Source: Candidatus Komeilibacteria bacterium (GTDB lineage: Bacteria > Patescibacteriota > Patescibacteriia > UBA1558). Taken from it: a stretch of 64,000 nt of DNA. Made by a program: the position numbers and the translations under genes. Location: positions 392,013 through 456,012 of the forward strand of contig JBLYPX010000001.1 of NCBI GenBank assembly GCA_048538235.1. The letters are read 5' to 3'. The notes below the pieces were generated by a model. That model searched no databases. It saw only the letters and a list, made by a program, of their open reading frames with translations, and was not told where the DNA came from. Below are positions 38,144 to 48,374 of this stretch, in pieces (the first letter of the stretch is position 1; each line of letters starts with the position of its first letter).

Positions 38144-39829
38144 TTATTTCTTTATTGAAGCATTAAACCACCACAAACTCTTCTTACTTAAACTCTTAGA
38201 TAATAGTCTTAAGAATGTTCTAGTTATAATAATAGCTGAGAACATTGAAACAATAATACCAATACCTAGTGTTAAAGCAAAACCTTTAATAATACCGCTA
38301 CCAAACCAAATTAGAATAAAACAAGTAATTAAACTAGAGATGTTTGAATCTCTAATAGATGCCCAAGCTCTAGTAAAACCATCTTCAATAGCAGATGCTA
38401 GTGGTTTTTCATTTCTTAGTTCTTCTCTCATTCTTTCAAAGATAAGAACATTAGCATCAACTGCCATTCCAATGGATAATATAAATCCAGCAATACCAGC
38501 TAGTGTTAATGTTATTGGCCAAATTATAAAGATAGCTAGTGCTATAGCTGTATATATAGCTAAAGCAATAACTGACAAGAAACCAGGTAATCTGTAGAAA
38601 ATAAGCATAAACAGAGCAACCAGAGCAAGTCCAATTAAACCAGCTACTAAACTCTTACTTAAAGATATTTGTCCAAGTGTTGGTCCCACTGTTTGTTCAC
38701 TAATTAAACTAATAGATATAGGTAATGCACCAGCATTTAAACGCTGTGCCAGTAACTTAGCTTGTTCTAAATCAAAACTACCAGAAATAATAGCTTCACC
38801 TTGAGTAATAGTATTACTGACAGTTGGAATACTAATAGCTGAACCATCTAAGAAGATAGCTACTGGTTTATTAATATTTCTAGCTGTTATATCTGCAAAT
38901 AAATCTTTACCTTCATCATTAAACTTCAAACTTACTGTTGGGGCACCAGTTTGTGGATCAAAAACAACTTCAGATCTTTGTAAATGTTTACCAGTAAGCT
39001 CTGCTGGTAACCATTGATCAACTGGTGTTACATAATCATATATTGACTTTGTAGCTATTAAAATATGACTAGCTCTTATTTCTTGATCTTCACCCTCACC
39101 TCTAACTTCATCTTTCTTAATAATATGGTAACCAAATTGAGTCTTTACTGGTTCTGGAGTTACTTCACCAACATTTAAATCTTCCCAAATTGCTTTTTCA
39201 AATTCAGTTACATAAGAACCTTTCTTAGCAAACCCTAAATCTCCTCCATTATCTTTAGAACCAGGATCTTCTGAGTATTGAGCGGCTAAGGTTGCAAAAT
39301 CTTCACCAGCTTTAATTCTAGCTAAAATATCCCTAGCACTAATCTCTGCTTGCTTATTATATTCATCCATATCAGCCTGTTGTTCTGCTGTAAGTTCTGG
39401 TGTAGCAGAGGCTTCTGGGTTTTGTTCTTTAAATTCTAATAATGGAGTCTCACCTATTTGTTTAATAGCTTCATTAACATCAAATACTCCAGCCAGTTCT
39501 ACAATCAATCTATTGTCTCCACTAACCTGTACAATTGGCTCAGATACTCCAAAAGCATTAACTCTTCTCTCAATTACATCTCTAACACCTTCCATAGCTG
39601 CTGCTGCATCTGAAGAGTTTAAATCGCCAATATTACCTTCATAGATTAAATGAGCACCACCTTGTAAATCTAAACCTAATTTTGGTGCAAATTTATTAAA
39701 CCAAGTATAACCAGGAATATTAGCTGGAAGATTAGGATATATGGTTAAAACAGAAAAAATTGCTAGAATTACTATTCCAGCAAATGTTAACCAAACCTTT
39801 TTTCTTGTTAAGCTTTGTTTAATTGCCAT
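38144..39829 (-). CDS. secD: protein translocase subunit SecD with an inserted parvulin PPIase domain
   Basis: LGLDLQGG, RRVNAFGVSEP, GMAVDANVLIFER; insert DFATLAAQYSEDPGSKDNGGDLG...TQFGYHII. Confidence 0.95.
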   Translation of the reverse strand: MAIKQSLTRKKVWLTFAGIVILAIFSVLTIYPNLPANIPGYTWFNKFAPKLGLDLQGGAHLIYEGNIGDLNSSDAAAAMEGVRDVIERRVNAFGVSEPIVQVSGDNRLIVELAGVFDVNEAIKQIGETPLLEFKEQNPEASATPELTAEQQADMDEYNKQAEISARDILARIKAGEDFATLAAQYSEDPGSKDNGGDLGFAKKGSYVTEFEKAIWEDLNVGEVTPEPVKTQFGYHIIKKDEVRGEGEDQEIRASHILIATKSIYDYVTPVDQWLPAELTGKHLQRSEVVFDPQTGAPTVSLKFNDEGKDLFADITARNINKPVAIFLDGSAISIPTVSNTITQGEAIISGSFDLEQAKLLAQRLNAGALPISISLISEQTVGPTLGQISLSKSLVAGLIGLALVALFMLIFYRLPGFLSVIALAIYTAIALAIFIIWPITLTLAGIAGFILSIGMAVDANVLIFERMREELRNEKPLASAIEDGFTRAWASIRDSNISSLITCFILIWFGSGIIKGFALTLGIGIIVSMFSAIIITRTFLRLLSKSLSKKSLWWFNASIKK

Positions 39830-39965
39830 ATTTAATACGAAAAGTAAGAACAGTTTATCATGTTAATTACAAACATGCAACAGTAAATAATACACAGGTA
39901 AATACTATATGAATAGCGATATTTTAGTTAAAAAAGCCTAACTTTTAATATGTTATTAATATATC

Positions 39966-39994
39966 TTGACAAATTTCTTTAAATATGCTATAAA
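39966..39994 (+). promoter_or_regulatory. sigma70 promoter
   Basis: TTGACA-17-(TG-C)-TATAAA. Confidence 0.65.
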
Positions 39995-40048
39995 GAGAGT
40001 ATTAATAGTACATAACAATTCTAAAAACAAACCTAGGAGGGTAATAAA

Positions 40049-40450
40049 ATGATGGATTTAATGAATTCAATTGGTAACTGGCTTTTAAACACTGTATGGC
40101 CAATGCTTCGAGACTCAAATGTCGATTCCTGGCAAGCTACTGCTATTATGGCAGTATTTCTGGTATCAATGGCTGCCAGTATCTTCGGAATCTGGTCTCG
40201 AATTACAGATTTCATTTTCAACTCAGGAACTGTCCTGGCTATCATCTTTATGGGAAGTGTTCCGGTTGGTCTCATAATGAGCGATTATACGCACAATACA
40301 ATCGGTGCCATTGCCTTGACAACGTTTCAGACATTCATGTTTCTGTTTTATGCAATTGCTATCATTGTCACTACGAGTTTCACACTCTACGCTCTCTACA
40401 AGGGCGAACAGCACATGAACATGCCTGAAGCCTGGTCAACCAGTGGTTAA
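40049..40450 (+). CDS. orphan membrane protein (~3 TM)
   Basis: AGGAGG RBS, consensus promoter, hydrophobic helices, terminator at 40466-40497. Confidence 0.7.
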   Translation: MMDLMNSIGNWLLNTVWPMLRDSNVDSWQATAIMAVFLVSMAASIFGIWSRITDFIFNSGTVLAIIFMGSVPVGLIMSDYTHNTIGAIALTTFQTFMFLFYAIAIIVTTSFTLYALYKGEQHMNMPEAWSTSG

Positions 40451-40465
40451 TCTCAATTGAGAAAC

Positions 40466-40497
40466 AAAAAACCCCGTCTTAAACGATGGGGTTTTTA
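40466..40497. terminator. bidirectional terminator
   Basis: AAAAACCCCGTC-loop-GATGGGGTTTTT between convergent genes. Confidence 0.75.
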
Positions 40498-41619
40498 CTT
40501 TCCTAAATATTCGTAAATGCGTTTAACCTGTTTAGCCATCCCCTGCCAATCAAACCGTATATAATTTTTATAACCTAAATTCTTTAACTTATCTTTTAAA
40601 TCTTCATCTCTAATAATCTTTTGAATAGCTTTGCTAATATCATTTATATTAAATGGATCAAAATATATTGCTGAGTTGCCTAAAACTTCAGGCAGTGATG
40701 AATTATTGGCAGCCAATACTGGTACACCATAACTTTGTGCTTCAATAGCTGGTAAACCAAAACCTTCAATAAATGATGGGAAGATATATGCCAATGAAAA
40801 TTGATAAAGTGATGCTAAATGTTCATCTGGTACAAAGCCTAGAAATAGTACATCTTTATCTAACTTTAATTCCTTAGCCTCTTTAGCTAATCTGTTCATA
40901 AAGAAATCTTTACGTCCAACTATTATTAGCTGATACTGATTCTTTAACTCAGCCTGACTTAATTTCCAAGCTTGTAATAAACGATAAAGGTTCTTATGAG
41001 GATAAGCAGCTCCAATATGTATAATATATGGTTTAGTAATATTATATTCTTTTTCCAAGTCTATTATTTTACTCTTACCATGTTCTACTGAAAAACCTTC
41101 ATAAGTAACTTCAATTTTATCTGCTACTCTTGGATAATATCTTTCAATGTCTTGTTTTGTAAATTGAGATACAGCCAATATTTTATATGAATTAATAATA
41201 GCGTGTCTAACAACTAGTCTATACGCCATTAATTTTAAATTATATACCCAACGTGGCAGAGTTGTTGCTCTGCTATCTGGATAATGTGAGACTATTAAAT
41301 CATGGATGGTAACCATGAATTTTTTTCTATACAAAAGAGGTACATTAAAATGTGGGAAGTGCATTAAATCTAATTTTAATTTCCAAAGTTTAATTGGTAC
41401 AAATATCTGTTCAGCTAAACTATACCAGTGTGATCTAATTAAAACCTTAACAAAGTTTTTATTCTTAGGATGAAATTGATCCCAGTTATCTGGAGATAGC
41501 AAAATATAGTACGTATTAGTACTATCTATTTCTACTAAATTATCTACTAGCTTTTGAACATATCTGCCCAATCCTCTAGATTGAGGTCCATACATTCTAG
41601 CATCAATTCCTATCTTCAT
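40495..41619 (-). CDS. glycosyltransferase family 4 (mannosyltransferase-like)
   Basis: MKIGIDAR, TIHDL, EGFGLPAIEA. Confidence 0.92.
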   Translation of the reverse strand: MKIGIDARMYGPQSRGLGRYVQKLVDNLVEIDSTNTYYILLSPDNWDQFHPKNKNFVKVLIRSHWYSLAEQIFVPIKLWKLKLDLMHFPHFNVPLLYRKKFMVTIHDLIVSHYPDSRATTLPRWVYNLKLMAYRLVVRHAIINSYKILAVSQFTKQDIERYYPRVADKIEVTYEGFSVEHGKSKIIDLEKEYNITKPYIIHIGAAYPHKNLYRLLQAWKLSQAELKNQYQLIIVGRKDFFMNRLAKEAKELKLDKDVLFLGFVPDEHLASLYQFSLAYIFPSFIEGFGLPAIEAQSYGVPVLAANNSSLPEVLGNSAIYFDPFNINDISKAIQKIIRDEDLKDKLKNLGYKNYIRFDWQGMAKQVKRIYEYLGK

Positions 41620-42704
41620 TTATTTAAACTATTAAATAATTGTATATATTCTAAAGCTGCTTTATTCCAATCATATTTATCCAGATTAACAGCAATAGAA
41701 TTAGTATTATCTAAAGACTGTATAATAGCTTCCTTAATATCTGTAATATTATATGGATCTATTAAAATGGCATTATTACCAACTACTTCTGGTAATGATG
41801 AGCCATAGCTTGTAATTACTTGTTTACCGTGTAATAGAGCTTCTAGTGGTGGATGACCAAAGCCTTCATAAAATGATGGCCAAACCAAGGTTAAACAATT
41901 CTTTAAATAGCATTCTCTAACCTCATTACTAGTATAACCAACATAATGGAATTTGTCTGCATACTTACTACTACTTATAGCTTTATGTACTTCTGAATTA
42001 GACCAACCTTTAGAACCCATTATTACTAAATGTACATCTTTATATTTATCTTCTATATACATATCTTCCATAGCATCAATAATTCCTAAGATATTCTTAC
42101 GAGGCTCTACTGTGCCAATGAATAATATATATTTGTCTGGCATACCTATTTCTTTACAATCCTTTGTATACTCTTCTCTATCTATACCAGAATATATTAC
42201 TTTAATTTTATCTGCTGGCACATTGTATAAATATTCTAAATCCTTAGCTGTACTTTTGGAAACAGCAACTATTTTATCTGCTCTAGCTATATGTTTTTTA
42301 ATACCTACCAACTTATGCCAGATAAGCATTTTATAGCTATACCATTTTTTATTAATAAGCCAAGATAAATCATGAGCTGTTATTATTTTCTTAACATCTT
42401 TGCTTAAGCTAATAAAATTAAAACTTGGTTGCCAAAAAACATCCAAGTTATTTTTCTTATCCCACTTACTAATTCTTAAAAAACGCGCACATAGATTAAA
42501 TAATCTAGAAGGAATATGCGTATGTACTACTGTACCCTGTTTAGTAAATTCTGGATAAGATATTTTTTTAGCAGTATTAAAATAGAAAAAATATTCATTT
42601 TCTTTATCTTGTTCAACAATGGCTTTACATAGCTTATCTGCATAACGACTAATACCGGCCTGTTGTTTTTCTTGCAATGACCTTAAATCTACTCCTATTC
42701 GCAT
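41616..42704 (-). CDS. glycosyltransferase family 4
   Basis: Start at MRIGVDLR; GTVEPRKN, EGFGHPPLEA. Confidence 0.92.
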   Translation of the reverse strand: MRIGVDLRSLQEKQQAGISRYADKLCKAIVEQDKENEYFFYFNTAKKISYPEFTKQGTVVHTHIPSRLFNLCARFLRISKWDKKNNLDVFWQPSFNFISLSKDVKKIITAHDLSWLINKKWYSYKMLIWHKLVGIKKHIARADKIVAVSKSTAKDLEYLYNVPADKIKVIYSGIDREEYTKDCKEIGMPDKYILFIGTVEPRKNILGIIDAMEDMYIEDKYKDVHLVIMGSKGWSNSEVHKAISSSKYADKFHYVGYTSNEVRECYLKNCLTLVWPSFYEGFGHPPLEALLHGKQVITSYGSSLPEVVGNNAILIDPYNITDIKEAIIQSLDNTNSIAVNLDKYDWNKAALEYIQLFNSLNK

Positions 42705-42706
42705 AT

Positions 42707-42796
42707 TTACAAAGTTATGCTGTACAATACCCAACCAATACCCATGCCAGCAGTAGAAGCGATAAACAGCTCAATAAATAATATTAATGTTTTCAT
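42707..42796 (-). CDS. 29-aa single-TM small protein (absent from the ORF track)
   Basis: MKTLILFIELFIASTAGMGIGWVLYSITL*; TAATG overlap with the upstream stop; ends 2 nt before the next ATG. Confidence 0.55.
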   Translation of the reverse strand: MKTLILFIELFIASTAGMGIGWVLYSITL

Positions 42797-43902
42797 TATA
42801 ATAATTTCTGGTTATTAAAATTTTGCCAAGCTTGATCTACATATTCTTTCATCTCATTCTGAAATCTTTTAACAGAGAATTTCATAGCATGTTCACGTAT
42901 AATATTTGGATCAAATTTTGTGTGATCAAAGTTAAGAACAGTATAGACTAAAGCTTCCCATGATTGTTCTGTAAACAGTACACCTGTTTGTCCATCTACA
43001 ACTGTTTCTTTAGCGCCGCCAGCATTGTACGCAATAACTGGACGTCCAGCAGCCATAGCTTCAACAGCAGAGATGCCAAAATCTTCAACTTGAGGGTGAA
43101 TAAAAGCTTTAGCTTCCTGTACATATTTAATCTTAGTTTGTTCATCTACCTCACCTAAGAATGTAATATTACTCTTGGCCATTTTCTTAAGTCTTTTTAA
43201 TTCATCACCACTTCCAATAACTACCAGTGGTAAACCTAATTCATTAAAAGCTCTAACTGCTAGATCTACTTTCTTGTATGGTCTTAATCTACTAACAATT
43301 ACATAATAGTCTTTAATATTATTAGAGATTGAATAATTATCTACTTCAACCGGAGGGTAAATAACAGCAGAATCACGGTTATAGTATTTCTTAATCTGGT
43401 GAGCAATGTATTTAGAATTAGCAATAAAATGGTCTACACGCTGAGCTGCAAATAGATCCCACAATCTTAATCTATGTAAAATGAGTGGTAATATTTTTTT
43501 AACAATTCTAGGATAACGTAAATTATCTACATAGGTGTGTGTACCATCCCATAAATATCTAGTTGGGGTATGACAATAACAAATATGTAAACCTTTAGCT
43601 GGAGTTATTAAACCCTTAGCTAAATTTGAAGTTGAAGATAAAACAATATCGTAATTAGAAAAGTTAAAACTTTCCCAAGCAAGTGGCATTAAAGATAAAA
43701 AGAATTGCAAATGCTTTTTAGCACCAGGCATTCTTTGTAAAAAAGAAGTCTTTGTTTCTATTCCTTCCCAATTCTTAGATTTACTTAAACCATTAATAAG
43801 CACATAAAGAGGTGCTTTAGGAAAAAGTTCATGCATAGCTAGCACTACTCTTTCAGCACCACCATTCTGGAATAGATAATCATGTGCAAGAGCTACTTTC
43901 AT
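42796..43902 (-). CDS. glycosyltransferase family 4 (WbaZ-like)
   Basis: Start at MKVALAHD; GGAERV, CYCHTPTRY, EDFGISAVEAMAAG. Confidence 0.92.
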   Translation of the reverse strand: MKVALAHDYLFQNGGAERVVLAMHELFPKAPLYVLINGLSKSKNWEGIETKTSFLQRMPGAKKHLQFFLSLMPLAWESFNFSNYDIVLSSTSNLAKGLITPAKGLHICYCHTPTRYLWDGTHTYVDNLRYPRIVKKILPLILHRLRLWDLFAAQRVDHFIANSKYIAHQIKKYYNRDSAVIYPPVEVDNYSISNNIKDYYVIVSRLRPYKKVDLAVRAFNELGLPLVVIGSGDELKRLKKMAKSNITFLGEVDEQTKIKYVQEAKAFIHPQVEDFGISAVEAMAAGRPVIAYNAGGAKETVVDGQTGVLFTEQSWEALVYTVLNFDHTKFDPNIIREHAMKFSVKRFQNEMKEYVDQAWQNFNNQKLL

Positions 43903-45290
43903 TATGCACTTCCCTTTCTTAATAGTACTACCCAAACTGTTTTAATAAATATTTGAAAATCTAGCCACACAGACCAATTCTCAATATAGTAAGAGTCTAA
44001 TTTAACTTCTTCTTCGAATTGCAGGTCTGATCTGCCAGATACTTGAGCCATACCAGTGATACCAGGTTTAATTGTTAATAGCTTTCTTTGTGAGTTCTCA
44101 TACTTAGCAACTTCTTCTGGTTCGTGAGGTCTTGGTCCAACCATACTCATATCTCCTTTAAGTACATTAAATAATTGAGGTAATTCATCTATACTCCATT
44201 TACGAATAAAACTACCCACAGATGTTACCCTAGGATCATTTTTCATCTTAAATAATGGACCATCCGTTCTTTCATTCTTATCCATAATCTCCTCTTTCAT
44301 ACTATGAGCTTTATCTACCATTGATCTGTATTTATATAGGTTAAAGATCTGTCCTTTAATACCAACTCTTCTTAATTTAACAAAAACAGGTCCATGAGAA
44401 TTAAGTTTAATAGCCAGACCAACAATAATACTGATTGGGATTAAAATAATACAACCAATAAAAGATAAAATAATGTCGTAGAAGCGTTTAATAATTCTAC
44501 CCCAACCATCTAATCTAGTATGACGTATTTCTACCATTGGCACACCATTCATAGTACTAATGGTAAAATTAATCATCTTGGTTTGTAATAATGAGGCTAT
44601 ATATTTAAATCCTAATTGATTCTCCTGACAATAATTAAGTAATGCTTCTTTTTGATCACCTGGCAAATCTACCCCCGCCTGTATAATCTCATCTATGGTT
44701 GTTTTACTACGCAAAGAATCTAAATACTCTGCTTCTTTTTCTGTAAACATTCTTAAATGTTCAACCACTCTAAAACCATAACTAGGATAATGTTTAATAG
44801 CTCCAATTAAATTTAATGTATTATTATCTTCTCCAACCACCACTACTCTTTTAACGCCATAACCATTGTAATAGAATAACTTCTTAACAAAAAATACTAT
44901 TATTCTCTCTAAAGCAATAAATAGAAAAGCAAGTACCCAGAAAGCAAGTACAATAAATCTTGAAGAAAATAGATTAGCATCAAAAAAGAAAGCAACCACA
45001 ATAATTAAGGTTGCTGTAGAAACTGCAAATAATACCTGTCTTAATTCTTCCCACAAAGGTTTTCTTCTAAAAGAATAAAGTCCAGATAAAATAAAAATAG
45101 CAATACATGCTATTAAAATAATATAGACAAGACTTAAATATTTAGACAAAGTCATGTCAAATATAACTGGTCTTATTTGAGTTACAAAGCTTTCAAAACG
45201 TAAGAAATAGCTAGCCACAGCAGCTCCTAATAATACTAAATAGTCTATTGGAACTAGAATGGCATTAAAAACCAAATCGAATTTTTTCAT
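43902..45290 (-). CDS. polyprenyl-phosphate sugar-1-phosphate transferase (WcaJ/CpsE-like)
   Basis: 4 TM plus KRFYDI, YKYRSM, DPRVT, SIDELPQLFNVLKGDMSMVGPRP, PGITG.AQVSGRS. Confidence 0.93.
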   Translation of the reverse strand: MKKFDLVFNAILVPIDYLVLLGAAVASYFLRFESFVTQIRPVIFDMTLSKYLSLVYIILIACIAIFILSGLYSFRRKPLWEELRQVLFAVSTATLIIVVAFFFDANLFSSRFIVLAFWVLAFLFIALERIIVFFVKKLFYYNGYGVKRVVVVGEDNNTLNLIGAIKHYPSYGFRVVEHLRMFTEKEAEYLDSLRSKTTIDEIIQAGVDLPGDQKEALLNYCQENQLGFKYIASLLQTKMINFTISTMNGVPMVEIRHTRLDGWGRIIKRFYDIILSFIGCIILIPISIIVGLAIKLNSHGPVFVKLRRVGIKGQIFNLYKYRSMVDKAHSMKEEIMDKNERTDGPLFKMKNDPRVTSVGSFIRKWSIDELPQLFNVLKGDMSMVGPRPHEPEEVAKYENSQRKLLTIKPGITGMAQVSGRSDLQFEEEVKLDSYYIENWSVWLDFQIFIKTVWVVLLRKGSA

Positions 45291-45309
45291 ATTTTATTTA
45301 AACTAAAAA

Positions 45310-45701
45310 GCTTAAGAGAGCCGATAAGCCGAATTCTGTCGAGAGCGATTATCTATCTAGATACTATTATTGCTAATAATATTCATAGCGCCTTACCCGA
45401 TCCACAAAGGGATCCTATTCAGGCTTGCACCGGATAGAAGTTTACCTAGCTGATTATGTCACCATAACCACTGGTGGTCTCTTACTATCAACCCGTAGGC
45501 TAATAAATTCCTATTCGGAATTCCCACCGTTTCACCCATCACCTAAATAAATAGGCTGGTCTATTTTCTGCTGCACTTGTCCTCTAACTATTACTAGTTA
45601 GGGTCGGCGTTACCGACTATCCACCCTTTAAAAAAGGACGAAAATGGTGTTCGGACTTTCCTCTCCCCAAAATGGGAAGCAATCGCTTAGCCCTCTCAAG
45701 C
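45310..45701 (-). ncRNA. rnpB: RNase P RNA
   Basis: Minus strand GAGGAAAGTCC near the 5' end and ACAGAATTCGGCTTA near the 3' end (P4 strands); terminal P1 pairing; TTGACA promoter at 45737. Confidence 0.93.
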
Positions 45702-45739
45702 GCTGTTAATATACTACATTTTACCTGTTTTTGTCAATA

Positions 45740-46825
45740 CTACTCTAAAATATACTGTAATGTTTGTTTAGCACATTTTTCCCAAGAAAACTCTTCTGCT
45801 CTTAATAAACCAAATTTAATTAATTCTTCTTGTTTATCCTTATCCTTGATTAAAGAATCTATAACCCCTGCCATATCTTCTACATTATCTGGATTAAAAA
45901 ACATTGCTGCACTAGATGCTACTTCGTGCAGAACTGGTATATCTGAACAGACAACTGGCACACCAGAACCCATGGCTTCTAAAACAGGGATACCAAAGCC
46001 TTCAAACTTTGACGGGAAAATAAATATCTTAGAGGCAGCTATTAATAACTGGTAATCTTTCTGATCAACATAACCTAAAAATATTATCTTAGGATTATCT
46101 TTAGAAAGAGATTTAATCTCATCATAGCCAAAATTACCAGGTCTACCGGCAAGTACTAAAGGAATATCTGTATTTAAAAGATTGTATGCCTTTACTAAAT
46201 TCTGTATATTCTTCTTTGTTTCTATTCTGCCTATGTATAAAAGAAAATCTTTAGGTAAATCATATTTTTTACAAATCTCTTCTTTCTTATCCTCACCTAT
46301 TGGTTTAAACTCATCTTTATCCCAACCATTGTATATAACCTTTATCTTATCTTTAGCCTTAGGATAATATTTAATAATATCTCTTTTAGTTGCTTCAGAG
46401 ATTGCTAATATTTTATCTGCCTTACTTATTACTAAAGAGTGTGAAAGCTTCTGATAAATTCTTTCCAAAGGATGATAAAGCTCTGGATTTTTAATAAACC
46501 CTAAATCATGAATTGTGCAAGTTACTTCACCTCTGGTTATTAATGGAACAGCATTTGAAAAAAATAGTTTATCTACTGGGTGTAATAGTAGCTCTAAGCT
46601 TAAACAAATATGTGTCCATAGTTTATTAAATGGCCATTTAATTTGTTTAAACAAAAAATTAGCTGGAGCTTCAGCTAAATCTTTAGATAGACCGCTATTA
46701 TGATAAACTACAAAATTATTTGTATTATCTATTTTTTTAAACTGTTGTAATAGATGCCAAGCATACCACTCTGTACCGGTCTTAAACTCTTTATTAGCTC
46801 GAGTTGCCTCTAAACCAATCAACAT
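45740..46825 (-). CDS. glycosyltransferase family 4
   Basis: TGTEWY, TIHDL, GRIETKKN, EGFGIPVLEAM. Confidence 0.92.
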   Translation of the reverse strand: MLIGLEATRANKEFKTGTEWYAWHLLQQFKKIDNTNNFVVYHNSGLSKDLAEAPANFLFKQIKWPFNKLWTHICLSLELLLHPVDKLFFSNAVPLITRGEVTCTIHDLGFIKNPELYHPLERIYQKLSHSLVISKADKILAISEATKRDIIKYYPKAKDKIKVIYNGWDKDEFKPIGEDKKEEICKKYDLPKDFLLYIGRIETKKNIQNLVKAYNLLNTDIPLVLAGRPGNFGYDEIKSLSKDNPKIIFLGYVDQKDYQLLIAASKIFIFPSKFEGFGIPVLEAMGSGVPVVCSDIPVLHEVASSAAMFFNPDNVEDMAGVIDSLIKDKDKQEELIKFGLLRAEEFSWEKCAKQTLQYILE

Positions 46826-46826
46826 A

Positions 46827-47840
46827 TTATTTGGTTGCTAATATACTTCGCTTATATGATTCTAAGTTATCCAGCGCAATACCTGTTCCTTTAGCCACAC
46901 ATAATAATGAATCATCTGCTACATAGGCAGGTACTCCAGTTGCTTGAGCAAGTAGCTTGTCCATATTTCTTAGCAGTGAAGAACCGCCAGACAAAACCAT
47001 ACCCTTATCCATAACATCTGCAGATAATTCTGGCGGTGTATTGAATAACACCTGTTTAACTGCATTAATAATACCTTGTAAATCTGCTTGCAATGCTTCT
47101 GTTACATCTTCTGAATCTACAGAGATAATTCTAGGAAGTCCTGTAATCATATCCCTTCCTTTAACTTCCATAGATAATCTTTCATCTTTTTCTAAATACA
47201 TAGCAGAACCTATTTCTATCTTAATAGCTTCAGCTGTTCTTTCACCAATAGCCAAGCCATATTTTTTACGAACATATTCTGTAATAGCAGTATCAAACTT
47301 ATTACCACCAATTCTAACTGAATTATTAGCAACAATACCACCTAAAGATATAACCGCTATTTCAGATGTACCACCACCAATATCTACAATCATATGACCA
47401 GATGCTGATCCAATAGGAATATCTGCTCCAATAGCAGCAGCAATTGGTTCTTTAATAATATATGCTGCTTTTGCTCCAGCAGCCATAGTAGCATCAATAA
47501 CAGCTCTTCTTTCAGTTGAGGTAATACCACCTGGAACTGCAATCATGACCTCTGGTCTAAATAATCTAACCCCACCCATAGCTTTATTGATAAAGTACTT
47601 AAGCATAGACTCTGTTGTTTTGTAATCTGCAATAACTCCATTACGTAATGGTCTTTGCGCAATAATACTATCTGGTGTTCTACCAAGCATTTCTTTAGCT
47701 TCATCACCAACTGCTAAGACTTTTTTATCCATAACAGAAATAGCAACGACTGATGGTTCGTTGATAATAATGCCACGCTTGGGGACGTGGACTAAAGTAA
47801 AAGTTGTTCCTAAGTCTATACCTATCTTTTTAACAAACAT
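46827..47840 (-). CDS. mreB: rod shape-determining protein MreB/Mbl (copy 2)
   Basis: [29 protein letters not shown]. Confidence 0.93.
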   Translation of the reverse strand: MFVKKIGIDLGTTFTLVHVPKRGIIINEPSVVAISVMDKKVLAVGDEAKEMLGRTPDSIIAQRPLRNGVIADYKTTESMLKYFINKAMGGVRLFRPEVMIAVPGGITSTERRAVIDATMAAGAKAAYIIKEPIAAAIGADIPIGSASGHMIVDIGGGTSEIAVISLGGIVANNSVRIGGNKFDTAITEYVRKKYGLAIGERTAEAIKIEIGSAMYLEKDERLSMEVKGRDMITGLPRIISVDSEDVTEALQADLQGIINAVKQVLFNTPPELSADVMDKGMVLSGGSSLLRNMDKLLAQATGVPAYVADDSLLCVAKGTGIALDNLESYKRSILATK

Positions 47841-47841
47841 A

Positions 47842-48297
47842 TTATGCAATAGATATTATTTTATACTTAATCCTACCACTTGGTATTTCTACATCCACTT
47901 CATCATCTATTTTCTTACCTAAAAATGAAACACCTAATGGTGATTCACAAGATATTCTTCCTTGTGTAGGGTCTGCTTCTGTTGCACCTACTATTGTATA
48001 TTCTAATTCCCTGTCTATACTTTTAACCTTTATCTTAGAACCAATTCCCACCATAGAATTAGATTGTTTATCTACAACCTTTGCATTCTTAAGAAGAGTC
48101 TCTATTTCTAGAATACGACCCTCATTAAAACCTTGCTGATCACGAGCTTCATGATACTCAGCATTTTCAGATAAATCTCCTAAATCACGGGCTAAAGATA
48201 TTTTCTCAGTAATACCTGCTCTTTTAGCCTTTAATTCTTCAAGTTCAGCCTTTAATTTATCTAAACCTTCTTGTGTTAATAACTTTTGATCTGACAT
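47842..48297 (-). CDS. greA: transcription elongation factor GreA
   Basis: [25 protein letters not shown]. Confidence 0.96.
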   Translation of the reverse strand: MSDQKLLTQEGLDKLKAELEELKAKRAGITEKISLARDLGDLSENAEYHEARDQQGFNEGRILEIETLLKNAKVVDKQSNSMVGIGSKIKVKSIDRELEYTIVGATEADPTQGRISCESPLGVSFLGKKIDDEVDVEIPSGRIKYKIISIA

Positions 48298-48374
48298 ACT
48301 TGTATTATACTACAACAACTTAAATTTAATAAATATAGCTTGAATATTAGCTATATTTTGGATTACTGTCAACT

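Noticed and set aside
40033-40428. Overlapping alternative ORFs 40033..40275(-), 40096..40428(+) and 40223..40414(-)
   Set aside because: Shadow frames of the GC-richer gene 40049..40450, which alone has a promoter, RBS and terminator.
45672-46055. 127-aa plus-strand ORF overlapping the rnpB 5' end and a GT4 gene
   Set aside because: Antisense to two well-supported features.
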